The position numbers were made by a program, and so were the translations under genes. Below are positions 16,464-27,263 of a stretch of DNA of 64,000 nucleotides, piece after piece. The number at the start of each line of letters is the position of its first letter. The stretch's first letter is position 1. Below the pieces are notes generated by a model. It saw only the letters and a program-made list of their open reading frames with translations, did no database searches and had not been told where the DNA came from. This DNA comes from Escherichia coli (GTDB lineage Bacteria > Pseudomonadota > Gammaproteobacteria > Enterobacterales > Enterobacteriaceae). Location of the stretch: the NCBI RefSeq assembly GCF_050920415.1, contig NZ_CP169309.1; one strand, given 5' to 3'.

Positions 16464-16496
16464 AAAAAGCCGGAGTTTGTCGCTCCGGCTTTTTTG
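16464..16496. terminator. Bidirectional terminator between convergent plaP and sbcB
   Basis: AAAAAGCCGGAG-tttgtcg-CTCCGGCTTTTTT: a stem flanked by an A-run and a T-run. Confidence 0.85.
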
Positions 16497-16498
16497 TT

Positions 16499-17926
16499 TC
16501 AGACGATCTCTTCCGCGTACTGCCAAAGCGCTTTTAACAGCGCCACTTTCTCTTTGTCATCGGCATATTGTTGTGCCAGCATCTGCAATTCATCTGCATA
16601 GCCCTGCAAAAACTCTGGCGTGAAGACCTGGCGGCGGTGCTCCAGCCAGCGTTGCTGCTCGGCATAATCCAGCGTCCCCGGGAAGTTGCGTGCTCGATAA
16701 TTGAACAACAGCTTTTCAATCCGTTTATCAACAAAAGTGATATCCAGTGCCGGTAAATTACGCGGCTCGGTTTCAAGCACAATTTTCATTGCTGCACGAT
16801 CGGCGTCACTGAAAAAGCCATTATAAAGCTGTGCATCCACGTTATCTGAAGGCGTAAACGGTTCGGCTTCGGCGAATATCGCCACCACTTTTTCACGCAC
16901 TTGCGGATTTTCACGCAGAATTTTCAGGTTATCGAGGCAATGCTGACGATTAATTCCCAGTCGGTCGGCATCTTCCGGGCGTAGCGTATTCGCCTGGGCC
17001 AGCACCGGACATTTATTGATATGCACCAGTTTAACCGGAACGGCGGCGTTATCGCCAAGATCGGCTTTTGCGGTATATAAACGCTCGCGCAATGTGTCGC
17101 TATCCAGCTCCAGTAATGGCGAAATGTCTCCTGCCAAATCCACCATAATTACGGCATTGCGATTTTCAGGATGCCACGCCAGCGGTGCTACCCAGCTGGT
17201 ATTGCCGCGCCATGCCCCAAACATTCCGGAAACGTGAACCAGGGGTTTCATCTGCGGAACATCAATCAACGCCATCAGTTTGTGTTTATTGCGATGGGTA
17301 AAGAGATAATCAAATAGGCGTGGCTGACGCATTTTTACCAGCTTTGCCATCGCAATAGTGGCGTACACATCAGCCATCGCATCGTGGGCGTTGCTATGTT
17401 CAATACCATTCGCTTTGGTTAAATGCTCAAGGCGAAAGCTCGGTAGACCGTCATCATTTTCAGGCCAGTTTATTCCTTCCGGGCGCAGGGCATAACAGGC
17501 ACGCATAACATCCAGTAAATCCCAGCGCGAGTTATCATGCTGCCAGCTCCAGGCGTAAGGATCGTAGAAATTACGATAAAAAACGTTGCGTGTGACTTCG
17601 TCGTCGAAACGCACATTGTTGTAGCCCAGAATACAGGTCTTCGGTACGGTAAAAAGCGAGTGAATACGGGCGGCAAACGCGGCTTCGTTTTCTCCTTTCG
17701 CCCGTGCTTCCTGCGGGGTAATACCGGTAATTAATACTGCTCCAGGCTGCGGTAAATAGTCATCCGCGGGCTTGCAGTAAAAAACTTCGGGTTCGCCGAT
17801 GACGTTGAATTCGTTATCAGTGCGAATGGCTGCGAACTGTGCAGGGCGATCTAACGCGGGGTGCGTTCCAAAGGTTTCGTAATCGTGAAACAAAAAGGTA
17901 GATTGTTGCTTACCGTCATTCATCAT
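16499..17926 (-). CDS. sbcB: Exodeoxyribonuclease I
   Basis: ORF 16499..17974, with the start at MMNDGKQQSTFLFHDYETFG (475 aa). DEDDh exonuclease motif. Confidence 0.96.
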   Translation of the reverse strand: MMNDGKQQSTFLFHDYETFGTHPALDRPAQFAAIRTDNEFNVIGEPEVFYCKPADDYLPQPGAVLITGITPQEARAKGENEAAFAARIHSLFTVPKTCILGYNNVRFDDEVTRNVFYRNFYDPYAWSWQHDNSRWDLLDVMRACYALRPEGINWPENDDGLPSFRLEHLTKANGIEHSNAHDAMADVYATIAMAKLVKMRQPRLFDYLFTHRNKHKLMALIDVPQMKPLVHVSGMFGAWRGNTSWVAPLAWHPENRNAVIMVDLAGDISPLLELDSDTLRERLYTAKADLGDNAAVPVKLVHINKCPVLAQANTLRPEDADRLGINRQHCLDNLKILRENPQVREKVVAIFAEAEPFTPSDNVDAQLYNGFFSDADRAAMKIVLETEPRNLPALDITFVDKRIEKLLFNYRARNFPGTLDYAEQQRWLEHRRQVFTPEFLQGYADELQMLAQQYADDKEKVALLKALWQYAEEIV

Positions 17927-18128
17927 TAGGTTAAATCCGTTATTTCTGCTGTCTGCCAGAGTATCAAATATCACCGTGCTAATCAGCTTTAGCGCGACAA
18001 TTTGGCAGCGAGTGGCAACAGATCATGTCAGATAAAAATGAGATAGTAGTCACATTTTCTTGCACTTTATTCCAGCCAGTTCATAAGTATTTCCGTAAAA
18101 AGAACAGCTATTTGAAACACCTGAGGGT

Positions 18129-19301
18129 TTGCTGTTGAAACGCCGTCTTATTATTGCTGCTTCTTTGTTCGTTTTTAACTTATCGTCTGGTTTTGCGGCG
18201 GAAAACATTCCTTTTTCACCTCAGCCTCCAGAGATTCATGCCGGGTCCTGGGTACTGATGGATTACACCACCGGTCAGATTCTCACCGCGGGTAATGAGC
18301 ATCAACAGCGCAATCCCGCCAGCCTGACAAAGCTGATGACGGGCTATGTTGTGGATCGCGCTATCGATAGTCATCGCATTACGCCAGATGATATTGTCAC
18401 CGTGGGGCGCGATGCGTGGGCGAAAGATAATCCGGTGTTTGTCGGTTCTTCACTGATGTTTCTGAAAGAGGGCGATCGCGTATCGGTACGTGATTTAAGC
18501 CGTGGTTTAATTGTGGATTCCGGAAATGACGCTTGTGTTGCACTGGCTGACTATATTGCCGGTGGGCAACGGCAGTTTGTTGAAATGATGAACAACTATG
18601 CCGAGAAGCTGCATCTCAAGGATACGCATTTTGAAACAGTGCATGGTCTGGATGCACCTGGCCAGCATAGCTCGGCTTATGATTTAGCTGTGCTTTCTCG
18701 CGCTATCATCCACGGCGAGCCCGAGTTTTATCATATGTACAGTGAGAAAAGCCTCACCTGGAACGGTATTACCCAGCAAAACCGTAACGGGTTATTGTGG
18801 GATAAAACCATGAATGTTGACGGCCTGAAAACGGGTCATACTTCTGGTGCCGGGTTTAATCTCATTGCTTCGGCTGTGGATGGGCAGCGTCGTCTCATTG
18901 CAGTGGTAATGGGGGCTGACAGTGCAAAAGGTCGTGAGGAAGAGGCAAGAAAATTACTGCGTTGGGGGCAACAAAACTTTACTACAGTGAAAATTTTGCA
19001 CCGTGGGAAAAAGGTCGGGACGGAACGTATCTGGTATGGCGATAAAGAAACTATCGCCCTGGGAACGGAACAAGAGTTCTGGATGGTGCTACCTAAAGCC
19101 GAAATTCCACATATCAAAGCCAAATATACCCTTGATGGTAAAGAACTCACTGCGCCAATTAGCGCCCATCAGCGGGTAGGGGAAATTGAACTTTACGACC
19201 GTGATAAACAGGTGGCGCACTGGCCGCTGGTTACCCTGGAATCTGTCGGGGAAGGCAGCATGTTTTCCCGCCTGAGTGATTATTTCCACCATAAGGCCTG
19301 A
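18129..19301 (+). CDS. dacD: D-alanyl-D-alanine carboxypeptidase (PBP6b)
   Basis: TTG start, signal peptide, and the SxxK (ASLTK), SGN and KTG motifs. Confidence 0.95.
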   Translation: MLLKRRLIIAASLFVFNLSSGFAAENIPFSPQPPEIHAGSWVLMDYTTGQILTAGNEHQQRNPASLTKLMTGYVVDRAIDSHRITPDDIVTVGRDAWAKDNPVFVGSSLMFLKEGDRVSVRDLSRGLIVDSGNDACVALADYIAGGQRQFVEMMNNYAEKLHLKDTHFETVHGLDAPGQHSSAYDLAVLSRAIIHGEPEFYHMYSEKSLTWNGITQQNRNGLLWDKTMNVDGLKTGHTSGAGFNLIASAVDGQRRLIAVVMGADSAKGREEEARKLLRWGQQNFTTVKILHRGKKVGTERIWYGDKETIALGTEQEFWMVLPKAEIPHIKAKYTLDGKELTAPISAHQRVGEIELYDRDKQVAHWPLVTLESVGEGSMFSRLSDYFHHKA

Positions 19302-19387
19302 CCTTTCTTTTGCAGCAGACTGGCAGGAGTGCGAGTCTGCTCGCATAATCAACACTCATTCCTTGTGGTTTTAATATTGCAACTATG

Positions 19388-19403
19388 CTGTATATAAAAA
19401 CAG
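19388..19403. promoter_or_regulatory. LexA (SOS) box upstream of sbmC
   Basis: CTGTATATAAAAACAG fits CTGT-N8-ACAG exactly. It lies 17 bp upstream of the sbmC ATG. Confidence 0.85.
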
Positions 19404-19419
19404 TATTAATGGAGGCGTC

Positions 19420-19893
19420 ATGAACTACGAGATTAAGCAGGAAGATAAACGTACCGTTGCAGGTTTCCATCTTGTTGGCCCGTGGGAGCAGACGGTAAAG
19501 AAAGGTTTTGAGCAGTTGATGATGTGGATAGATAGCAAAAATATTGTGCCGAAGGAGTGGGTTGCTGTCTATTACGACAATCCAGATGAAACACCCGCCG
19601 AAAAATTACGCTGCGACACCGTCGTGACGGTGCCGAATAACTTTACGCTCCCTGAAAACAGTGAGGGCATCATTCTGACAGAAATTTCAGGTGGTCAGTA
19701 TGCGGTGGCGGTGGCTCGTGTAGTCGGTGATGATTTTGCTAAACCCTGGTATCAGTTCTTTAATAGCCTCTTGCAGGACAGTGCTTATGAAATGTTACCA
19801 AAGCCCTGCTTTGAGGTTTATTTGAACAATGGCGCGGAAGAGGGGTACTGGGATATCGAAATGTATGTTGCGGTGCAGCCAAAACATCACTAA
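19420..19893 (+). CDS. sbmC: DNA gyrase inhibitor (GyrI)
   Basis: 157-aa ORF ([24 protein letters not shown]...) of the GyrI-like family, preceded by a LexA box. Confidence 0.95.
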   Translation: MNYEIKQEDKRTVAGFHLVGPWEQTVKKGFEQLMMWIDSKNIVPKEWVAVYYDNPDETPAEKLRCDTVVTVPNNFTLPENSEGIILTEISGGQYAVAVARVVGDDFAKPWYQFFNSLLQDSAYEMLPKPCFEVYLNNGAEEGYWDIEMYVAVQPKHH

Positions 19894-20091
19894 TTCATCT
19901 CAGGGCGGTGTGTTAACGCGATGACCACTCTTTTTTTGAAAGCGAAAAGAGTAAGATGCGCCTTTCAAATTTTTCGCTCCTGCCGGGAAATTACACTGTT
20001 CCCGGTATGTCCGTCGGATAATTCAGAGGCGCGCCTTCTGGCCGACAGATGTGTTATGAGCGCTTTTAATCTTCATTAACGGAGTTTCTGC

Positions 20092-21150
20092 GTGCGTGCC
20101 GATAAGTCATTAAGCCCGTTTGAAATCCGGGTATACCGCCATTACCGCATTGTGCATGGTACTCGGGTCGCGCTGGCATTCCTGCTCACTTTTCTCATTA
20201 TCCGCCTGTTTACTATCCCGGAAAGCACCTGGCCGCTGGTCACCATGGTGGTGATTATGGGGCCAATCTCGTTCTGGGGTAACGTTGTCCCTCGCGCATT
20301 CGAACGTATTGGCGGTACGGTGTTGGGGTCGATTTTAGGTCTTATCGCTCTGCAACTGGAGTTAATCTCGTTACCGCTGATGTTAGTCTGGTGCGCGGCG
20401 GCTATGTTTCTTTGCGGTTGGCTGGCGCTGGGCAAGAAACCGTATCAAGGTTTATTGATTGGGGTGACGCTGGCAATTGTTGTTGGTTCCCCGACAGGTG
20501 AAATTGATACGGCGTTATGGCGAAGCGGCGATGTGATCCTCGGCTCTTTACTGGCAATGTTGTTTACCGGTATCTGGCCACAACGGGCGTTCATCCACTG
20601 GCGCATTCAACTGGCGAAAAGTCTGACCGAGTATAATCGGGTCTATCAATCTGCATTCTCACCGAACTTACTCGAACGCCCACGTCTGGAAAGCCATCTA
20701 CAAAAACTCCTGACCGATGCCGTGAAAATGCGTGGGCTGATTGCGCCCGCCAGCAAAGAAACCCGTATTCCCAAATCGATATATGAAGGTATCCAGACCA
20801 TTAATCGCAATCTGGTTTGTATGCTGGAGTTGCAAATCAATGCATACTGGGCCACGCGCCCCAGCCATTTCGTGTTATTGAACGCGCAAAAACTTCGTGA
20901 TACCCAGCACATGATGCAGCAAATACTGCTGAGCCTTGTTCATGCGCTGTACGAAGGTAATCCGCAGCCGGTTTTTGCCAATACGGAAAAATTGAACGAT
21001 GCTGTGGAAGAGCTGCGTCAGTTGCTCGATAACCACCATGACCTGAAGGTCGTGGAAACACCAATCTATGGCTATGTGTGGCTGAACATGGAAACGGCAC
21101 ATCAGCTTGAGTTGCTATCGAATCTGATTTGCCGGGCCTTGCGCAAATAA
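20092..21150 (+). CDS. yeeA: Inner-membrane protein, FUSC/aromatic-acid-exporter-like
   Basis: 352-aa ORF with GTG start. Hydrophobic N-terminal half and soluble C-terminal half. Synteny. Confidence 0.88.
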   Translation: MRADKSLSPFEIRVYRHYRIVHGTRVALAFLLTFLIIRLFTIPESTWPLVTMVVIMGPISFWGNVVPRAFERIGGTVLGSILGLIALQLELISLPLMLVWCAAAMFLCGWLALGKKPYQGLLIGVTLAIVVGSPTGEIDTALWRSGDVILGSLLAMLFTGIWPQRAFIHWRIQLAKSLTEYNRVYQSAFSPNLLERPRLESHLQKLLTDAVKMRGLIAPASKETRIPKSIYEGIQTINRNLVCMLELQINAYWATRPSHFVLLNAQKLRDTQHMMQQILLSLVHALYEGNPQPVFANTEKLNDAVEELRQLLDNHHDLKVVETPIYGYVWLNMETAHQLELLSNLICRALRK

Positions 21151-21321
21151 TTCCTGAACTTCAGAATCATCTTGCTGCTGCTTCGATTCAGCAAGGATAA
21201 AGGGTATGATAGTGAAAAGGGATAAAAGCATTGTCATCTGCGGCAGCTATGAGTAATGTTGGCCCTAACGAATAGCGGTTGCTTAAACGAATCCGACTCT
21301 CACATTATCAGGGGTATAAAA

Positions 21322-21651
21322 ATGGAAACTACCAAGCCTTCATTCCAGGATGTACTGGAATTTGTTCGTCTGTTCCGTCGTAAGAACAAACTGCAACGTG
21401 AAATTCAGGACGTTGAGAAAAAGATCCGTGACAACCAGAAGCGCGTCCTGCTGCTGGACAACCTGAGTGATTACATCAAGCCGGGGATGAGCGTTGAAGC
21501 AATCCAGGGCATCATCGCCAGCATGAAAGGTGACTATGAAGATCGCGTTGACGATTACATCATCAAAAATGCCGAGCTCTCCAAAGAACGCCGCGATATC
21601 TCCAAAAAGCTGAAAGCTATGGGCGAAATGAAAAACGGCGAAGCGAAGTAA
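21322..21651 (+). CDS. yeeX: UPF0265 family small basic protein
   Basis: ORF 21256..21651, with the start at [14 protein letters not shown] (109 aa). Confidence 0.9.
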   Translation: METTKPSFQDVLEFVRLFRRKNKLQREIQDVEKKIRDNQKRVLLLDNLSDYIKPGMSVEAIQGIIASMKGDYEDRVDDYIIKNAELSKERRDISKKLKAMGEMKNGEAK

Positions 21652-21751
21652 TTCCTGTTTTATTCAATGAGGGTTGCCCGGTAACCCTCATTGCTCATTG
21701 TTTCTTTTCTGTGTATCACCGTCATCATTCCCATCTGATAACCTATTGAAA

Positions 21752-22048
21752 TTAGCGATAGCCTTCTTCTGTATGCAGCAAGGCAAAAAGTTCTGCAACT
21801 CCATTGTTATTAACCGCACTGGTTACTAACACATTGTGCGCTCCAGCTTCCCGTAACCAACTTTTCACCAAAGATATTTGTTCCATACTGGCTAAATCTG
21901 CTTTGGTGACTACTCCAATGACCGGGCGATTCATTGACGAGGTAAAGCCTGGCGAAAAAGGTGACCACGGTGCGTCCGCATTAAGTACCAGCGCGATAAT
22001 GTCTGCTTCGCAGGCACTGACTAACAGAGCACTGTAGAGGCTGCGGTT
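21752..22048 (-). pseudogene. yoeF: Remnant of a EutP/PduV-family GTPase gene (yoeF-like); N-terminal P-loop part missing or scrambled
   Basis: The minus-strand frame reads ...[53 protein letters not shown]...LLHTEEGYR. An in-frame stop lies at 22049-22051 and there is no GxxGxGKT. Weak upstream traces (..HRQKAG..) appear in ORF 22049..22270. Confidence 0.6.
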
Positions 22049-22519
22049 TTATCGGTGAGGACTGGCAGCAAGATTTCCAGCCTTTTGACGGTGGGCCTGT
22101 GCAATCGTTATCAGATTCGTATAGCGATTATTCAGTGCTGCTATTGATAGCAGCTGAAAGCGAGATATCCGTACCAGAATAGCTCCCTCATTCTGAGGGA
22201 ACGACGGTAATTTTGATTGCAGAACACAATGCCCGTTTGCTGAATGGTCCGGCTGGTGGGGCTGTAGCATTAATCCATTATTTGAATGAAATCAGTCATG
22301 CCAGAGAAACCGCTGTCAATGACGCATTTTGTCGGACGTTAACACGAGGAAGTCTGGCTATTCCGCAATGCCATCTTCTTTCGTAATGGATTGAGAATGC
22401 TGGATTTTTAATTATATTACGCGCAGTATTAATCGCGTAAATGTTTTGCGGTCAGCAACAGTGGGGGAACCATTGTTCTGTTCAATGAATACCATCATAC
22501 AATTGAATCAGGAGTCGGT

Positions 22520-23065
22520 ATGATGATTTTGGTGACAGGTGGAGCACGGAGCGGGAAGAGTCGCCACGCAGAGGCGCTTATTGGGGACTCTTCACAGGTT
22601 CTGTATATCGCCACCTCGCAAATCCTTGATGATGAGATGGCTGCACGGATAGAACATCATCGGCAAGGCCGCCCGGCTCACTGGCGCACAGTGGAGCGCT
22701 GGCAACATCTTGATGAATTAATTCATGCAGACATTAACCCGAATGAGGCTGTGTTGCTGGAATGCGTTACCACAATGGTGACTAATCTGTTGTTTGATTA
22801 TGGCGGCGATAAAGACCCTGATGAATGGGATTATCAGGCGATGGAACAGGCGATTAATGCTGAGATTCAGTCGTTGATTGCTGCCTGCCAACGTTGCCCC
22901 GCAAAGGTTGTATTAGTGACTAACGAAGTGGGAATGGGGATTGTGCCGGAGAGTCGTCTGGCACGACATTTTCGTGATATTGCCGGGCGGGTAAATCAGC
23001 AGTTGGCCGCTGCGGCAAATGAAGTATGGCTGGTGGTTTCGGGTATTGGAGTAAAAATCAAATGA
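22520..23065 (+). CDS. cobU: Adenosylcobinamide kinase / adenosylcobinamide-phosphate guanylyltransferase
   Basis: 181-aa ORF with P-loop GGARSGKS. Confidence 0.95.
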   Translation: MMILVTGGARSGKSRHAEALIGDSSQVLYIATSQILDDEMAARIEHHRQGRPAHWRTVERWQHLDELIHADINPNEAVLLECVTTMVTNLLFDYGGDKDPDEWDYQAMEQAINAEIQSLIAACQRCPAKVVLVTNEVGMGIVPESRLARHFRDIAGRVNQQLAAAANEVWLVVSGIGVKIK

Positions 23066-23805
23066 GTAAATTATTTTGGGCGATGCTCTCATTTATTACG
23101 CGTCTGCCTGTACCGCGTCGCTGGTCCCAGGGACTGGATTTCGAGCATTATTCTCGCGGTATTATTGCTTTTCCTTTAATTGGATTATTGCTTGGCGCGA
23201 TTAGCGGGCTGGTCTTCATGGTGCTGCAGGCATGGTGTGGCGTACCACTGGCGGCATTGTTTAGCGTACTTGTGCTGGCGCTGATGACCGGGGGATTCCA
23301 CCTGGACGGCCTCGCTGATACCTGTGATGGCGTATTTTCTGCACGTAGCCGCGATCGCATGTTGGAAATCATGCGTGATAGCCGTTTAGGCACCCACGGC
23401 GGTCTGGCATTGATTTTTGTTGTACTGGCAAAGATTCTGGTGTTAAGCGAGCTGGCTTTGCGTGGCGAACCGATCCTTGCATCGCTGGCGGCAGCATGCG
23501 CGGTCAGCCGCGGGACTGCCGCATTATTGATGTATCGTCATCGTTATGCCCGAGAAGAAGGGCTTGGCAATGTGTTCATTGGCAAAATTGATGGGCGACA
23601 AACCTGCGTCACACTCGGTTTAGCCGCTATTTTTGCTGCCGTATTATTGCCTGGTATGCATGGCGTGGCTGCTATGTTGGTGACGATGGTGGCGATCTTC
23701 ATCCTCGGTCAGCTTCTCAAACGGACTCTGGGCGGGCAAACCGGCGATACGCTGGGAGCAGCCATAGAGCTTGGTGAACTGGTCTTCCTGCTGGCACTGC
23801 TATAA
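23062..23805 (+). CDS. cobS: Adenosylcobinamide-GDP ribazoletransferase (cobalamin synthase)
   Basis: ORF 23026..23805, with the start at [18 protein letters not shown] (247 aa) overlapping the cobU stop. Polytopic membrane protein. Confidence 0.94.
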   Translation: MSKLFWAMLSFITRLPVPRRWSQGLDFEHYSRGIIAFPLIGLLLGAISGLVFMVLQAWCGVPLAALFSVLVLALMTGGFHLDGLADTCDGVFSARSRDRMLEIMRDSRLGTHGGLALIFVVLAKILVLSELALRGEPILASLAAACAVSRGTAALLMYRHRYAREEGLGNVFIGKIDGRQTCVTLGLAAIFAAVLLPGMHGVAAMLVTMVAIFILGQLLKRTLGGQTGDTLGAAIELGELVFLLALL

Positions 23806-23816
23806 AGAGACGTGAC

Positions 23817-24896
23817 ATGCAAACACTTGCCAATTTACTGAATACGATCCCTGCCATCGATCCTGCCGCTATGTCGCGTGCACAACGGCATATTGACGGG
23901 TTGCTCAAACCTGTTGGTAGCCTGGGAAGGCTGGAGGCGCTTGGCGTACAACTGGCGGGAATGCCGGGGTTGAATGGCATACCGCATGTGGGCAAAAAAG
24001 CGGTACTGGTTATGTGTGCCGATCACGGCGTCTGGGAGGAAGGGGTCGCTATTTCCCCAAAAGAAGTGACAGCCATTCAGGCTGAAAATATGACCCGCGG
24101 AACAACCGGCGTGTGTGTGCTGGCAGCACAAGCGGGCGCTTACGTCCACGTAATTGATGTTGGTATTGATACTGCTGAGCCTATCCCCGGGCTTATCAAC
24201 ATGCGTGTCGCACGAGGTAGCGGCAATATTGCTTCAGCTCCGGCAATGAGTCGCCGTCAGGCTGAAACGTTGCTTTTGGACGTCATATGCTATACGCGGG
24301 AGCTGGCAAAAAACGGTGTCACGCTGTTTGGTGTAGGTGAACTGGGGATGGCAAACACGACACCGGCAGCGGCGATAGTGAGCACAATCACTGGCCGGGA
24401 TCCTGAAGAAGTGGTTGGGATTGGCGCAAACCTGCCGACAGATAAACTGGCTAATAAAATTGATGTTGTGCGACGGGCGATTACGTTGAATCAACCAAAT
24501 CCGCAGGATGGCGTTGATGTCCTGGCAAAAGTGGGTGGATTTGATTTGGTCGGAATGGCTGCCGTGATGTTAGGCGCTGCGTCCTGCGGTTTACCGGTGT
24601 TGCTGGATGGATTTCTTTCTTATGCTGCCGCGCTCGCAGCCTGCCAGATGTCTCCTGCAATCAAACCGTATCTCATTCCTTCTCACCTGTCGGCAGAAAA
24701 AGGGGCGCGTATAGCGTTGTCGCATTTGGGGCTGGAGCCTTATCTCAATATGGATATGCGTTTAGGTGAGGGAAGTGGCGCAGCTCTGGCGATGCCCATC
24801 ATCGAAGCTGCCTGTGCGATATACAACAGCATGGGCGAACTTGCTGCCAGTAATATTGTTCTACCGGGGAATACGACTTCTGATTTGAACAGTTAA
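23817..24896 (+). CDS. cobT: Nicotinate-nucleotide:dimethylbenzimidazole phosphoribosyltransferase
   Basis: 359-aa ORF, third gene of cobUST. Confidence 0.95.
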   Translation: MQTLANLLNTIPAIDPAAMSRAQRHIDGLLKPVGSLGRLEALGVQLAGMPGLNGIPHVGKKAVLVMCADHGVWEEGVAISPKEVTAIQAENMTRGTTGVCVLAAQAGAYVHVIDVGIDTAEPIPGLINMRVARGSGNIASAPAMSRRQAETLLLDVICYTRELAKNGVTLFGVGELGMANTTPAAAIVSTITGRDPEEVVGIGANLPTDKLANKIDVVRRAITLNQPNPQDGVDVLAKVGGFDLVGMAAVMLGAASCGLPVLLDGFLSYAAALAACQMSPAIKPYLIPSHLSAEKGARIALSHLGLEPYLNMDMRLGEGSGAALAMPIIEAACAIYNSMGELAASNIVLPGNTTSDLNS

Positions 24897-25694
24897 AAAC
24901 GAAAAGTCTGATAAAAGCTATACTTATCGGATAGTATTCGCGACTTAGGAAAGGGACATGATGCGTCGTGTAAATATTTTTTGCTCATTTGCTCTACTTT
25001 TTGCCAGCCATAATAGCCTGGCGGTAACTTATCCATTACCTCCAGAGGGTAGCCGTTTAGTGGGACAGTCGCTTACTGTAACTGTTCCTGATCACAATAC
25101 CCAGCCGCTGGAGACTTTTGCCGCACAATACGGGCAAGGGTTAAGTAACATGCTGGAAGCGAATCCGGGGGCTGATGTCTTCTTACCGAAGTCTGGCTCG
25201 CAACTCACCATTCCGCAGCAACTGATTTTGCCCGCCACTGTTCGTAAAGGGATTGTGATTAACGTCGCTGAGATGCGTCTTTATTACTACCCGCCAGACA
25301 GTAATACTGTGGAAGTCTTTCCTATTGGTATCGGCCAGGCTGGGCGAGAAACCCCGCGTAACTGGGTGACTACCGTTGAACGTAAACAAGAAGCACCAAC
25401 CTGGACGCCAACGCCGAACACCCGGCGCGAATATGCGAAACGAGGGGAGAGTTTGCCCGCATTTGTTCCTGCGGGGCCTGATAATCCCATGGGGCTGTAC
25501 GCGATTTATATTGGCAGGCTATATGCCATCCACGGTACCAATGCCAATTTTGGTATTGGGCTCCGGGTAAGTCAGGGCTGTATTCGTCTGCGCAATGACG
25601 ATATCAAATATCTGTTTGATAATGTTCCTGTAGGTACTCGTGAACCGCCCCGGAAATCCTGGAGACTAAACTTCCTGAGAAAGAGGTAAACAGG

Positions 25695-26021
25695 ATGACT
25701 AAAAATACTCGTTTTTCCCCCGAAGTCCGTCAACGCGCAGTTCGTATGGTTCTGGAAAGTCAGGGCGAATATGACTCACAATGGGCGGCAATTTGTTCCA
25801 TTGCTCCAAAGATTGGCTGTACGCCAGAGACTCTGCGTGTCTGGGTTCGCCAGCATGAGAGGGATACCGGGAGCGGTGATGGTGGGCTCACCACCGCTGA
25901 ACGTCAGCGTCTGAAAGAGCTGGAACGTGAAAATCGTGAACTGCGCCGCAGTAACGATATCCTTCGCCAGGCTTCCGCTTATTTTGCGAAGGCGGAGTTC
26001 GACCGCCTCTGGAAAAAATAA
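25695..26021 (+). CDS. IS3-family transposase OrfA (HTH)
   Basis: 108-aa ORF ([22 protein letters not shown]...). An A6 slippery run at 26013-26018 lies just before its stop. Confidence 0.92.
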   Translation: MTKNTRFSPEVRQRAVRMVLESQGEYDSQWAAICSIAPKIGCTPETLRVWVRQHERDTGSGDGGLTTAERQRLKELERENRELRRSNDILRQASAYFAKAEFDRLWKK

Positions 26022-26908
26022 TGCCACTGCTGGATAAGCTGCGTGAGCAGTACGGGGTCGGACCGGTATGCAGTGAACTGCATATTGCCCCGTCAACGTA
26101 TTACCATTGTCAGCAGCAGCGGCATCATCCTGATAAACGCAGTGCCCGTGCGCAGCGCGATGACTGGCTGAAGAGAGAGATACAGCGCGTATACGATGAA
26201 AATCATCAGGTGTACGGTGTGCGTAAAGTCTGGCGTCAGTTGTTACGGGAAGGAATCAGGGTGGCCAGATGTACAGTGGCGCGCCTCATGGCGGTTATGG
26301 GACTTGCCGGTGTTCTCCGGGGTAAAAAGGTCCGCACTACCGTCAGCCGGAAAACCGTTGCCACAGGTGACCGCGTAAACCGTCAGTTCGTGGCAGAACG
26401 TCCTGACCAGCTGTGGGTGGCTGATTTTACTTACGTCAGCACATGGCAGGGCTTCGTCTATGTGGCGTTCATCATTGATGTGTTTGCCGGATACATCGTG
26501 GGGTGGCGGGTCTCATCGTCTATGGAAACGACATTCGTGCTGGATGCGCTGGAGCAGGCGTTGTGGGCCCGTCGTCCGTCTGGCACCATCCATCACAGCG
26601 ATAAAGGCTCTCAGTATGTGTCACTGGCCTATACGGAGCGACTAAAAGAAGCAAAACTGCTGGCATCAACAGGGAGTACAGGCGACTCGTATGACAACGC
26701 GATGGCTGAGAGCATCAATGGTCTTTACAAAGCGGAGGTAATACACCGTAAGAGCTGGAAAAACCGTGCAGAAGTGGAACTGGCCACACTCACGTGGGTG
26801 GACTGGTATAACAATCGACGATTGCTGGGAAGGCTGGGCCATACTCCTCCGGCAGAAGCAGAAAAAGCTTATTATGCTTCCATCGGAAACAATGATCTGG
26901 CAGCCTGA
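26021..26908 (+). CDS. IS3-family transposase OrfB (DDE catalytic domain)
   Basis: 295-aa ORF in the -1 frame relative to orfA. DDE residues sit in the contexts WVADFTYV, HHSDKGSQY and DNAMAESING. Confidence 0.92.
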   Translation: MPLLDKLREQYGVGPVCSELHIAPSTYYHCQQQRHHPDKRSARAQRDDWLKREIQRVYDENHQVYGVRKVWRQLLREGIRVARCTVARLMAVMGLAGVLRGKKVRTTVSRKTVATGDRVNRQFVAERPDQLWVADFTYVSTWQGFVYVAFIIDVFAGYIVGWRVSSSMETTFVLDALEQALWARRPSGTIHHSDKGSQYVSLAYTERLKEAKLLASTGSTGDSYDNAMAESINGLYKAEVIHRKSWKNRAEVELATLTWVDWYNNRRLLGRLGHTPPAEAEKAYYASIGNNDLAA

Positions 26909-27228
26909 GTTCACAGATAAAACACTCTCCAGGAAACCCGGGGCGGTTCAACTCGTGTACAAATTATTGATCAGCCAGTGAAATACACAACGGAACCGGA
27001 TGGATCAAAGTGGCTGGAAGTTCATGAGCCACTGTCGCGCAACCGTGCGGAATATGAGTCAGACCGAAAAGTGCCTTTGCCAGTAACGCCATCTTTGCGG
27101 ACGTTCATTAACGGGCAAGAAGTTGATGTGAATCGCGCAAATGCTGCATTGCAGCGCCGATCAGGAATGCCTGTGCAAATTAGTTCTGGTTCAAGACAGA
27201 TGTTTTAAGAGCGTTGTTAATTAGAAAG

Positions 27229-27259
27229 CAAAAAGCCTGCTCGAAAGCAGGCTTTTTTG
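27229..27259. terminator. Bidirectional hairpin terminator between ldtA and asnV
   Basis: AAAAAGCCTGC-tcgaaa-GCAGGCTTTTTT. Confidence 0.8.
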
Positions 27260-27263
27260 AATT

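Larger units (their letters stand above)
25641..26950 (+). mobile_element. IS3-family insertion sequence of IS629/IS1203 type, 1310 bp, apparently intact
   Basis: Imperfect terminal IRs: TGAACCGCCCCGGAAATCCTGGAGA... on the left, and ...TCTCCAGGAAACCCGGGGCGGTTCA on the right. orfA/orfB in the 0/-1 arrangement. ACTCG is present on both flanks. Confidence 0.93.
24961..27208 (+). pseudogene. ldtA: L,D-transpeptidase LdtA (ErfK), split by an IS insertion after codon ...VPVGTR
   Basis: The 5' part 24961..25640 carries the signal peptide, a LysM-like region and the YkuD catalytic motif ([22 protein letters not shown]). The 3' part resumes at 26951 (..VQIIDQPVKYTTEPDGSKWLEVHEP...SGSRQMF, ending 27208). 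Confidence 0.92.
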
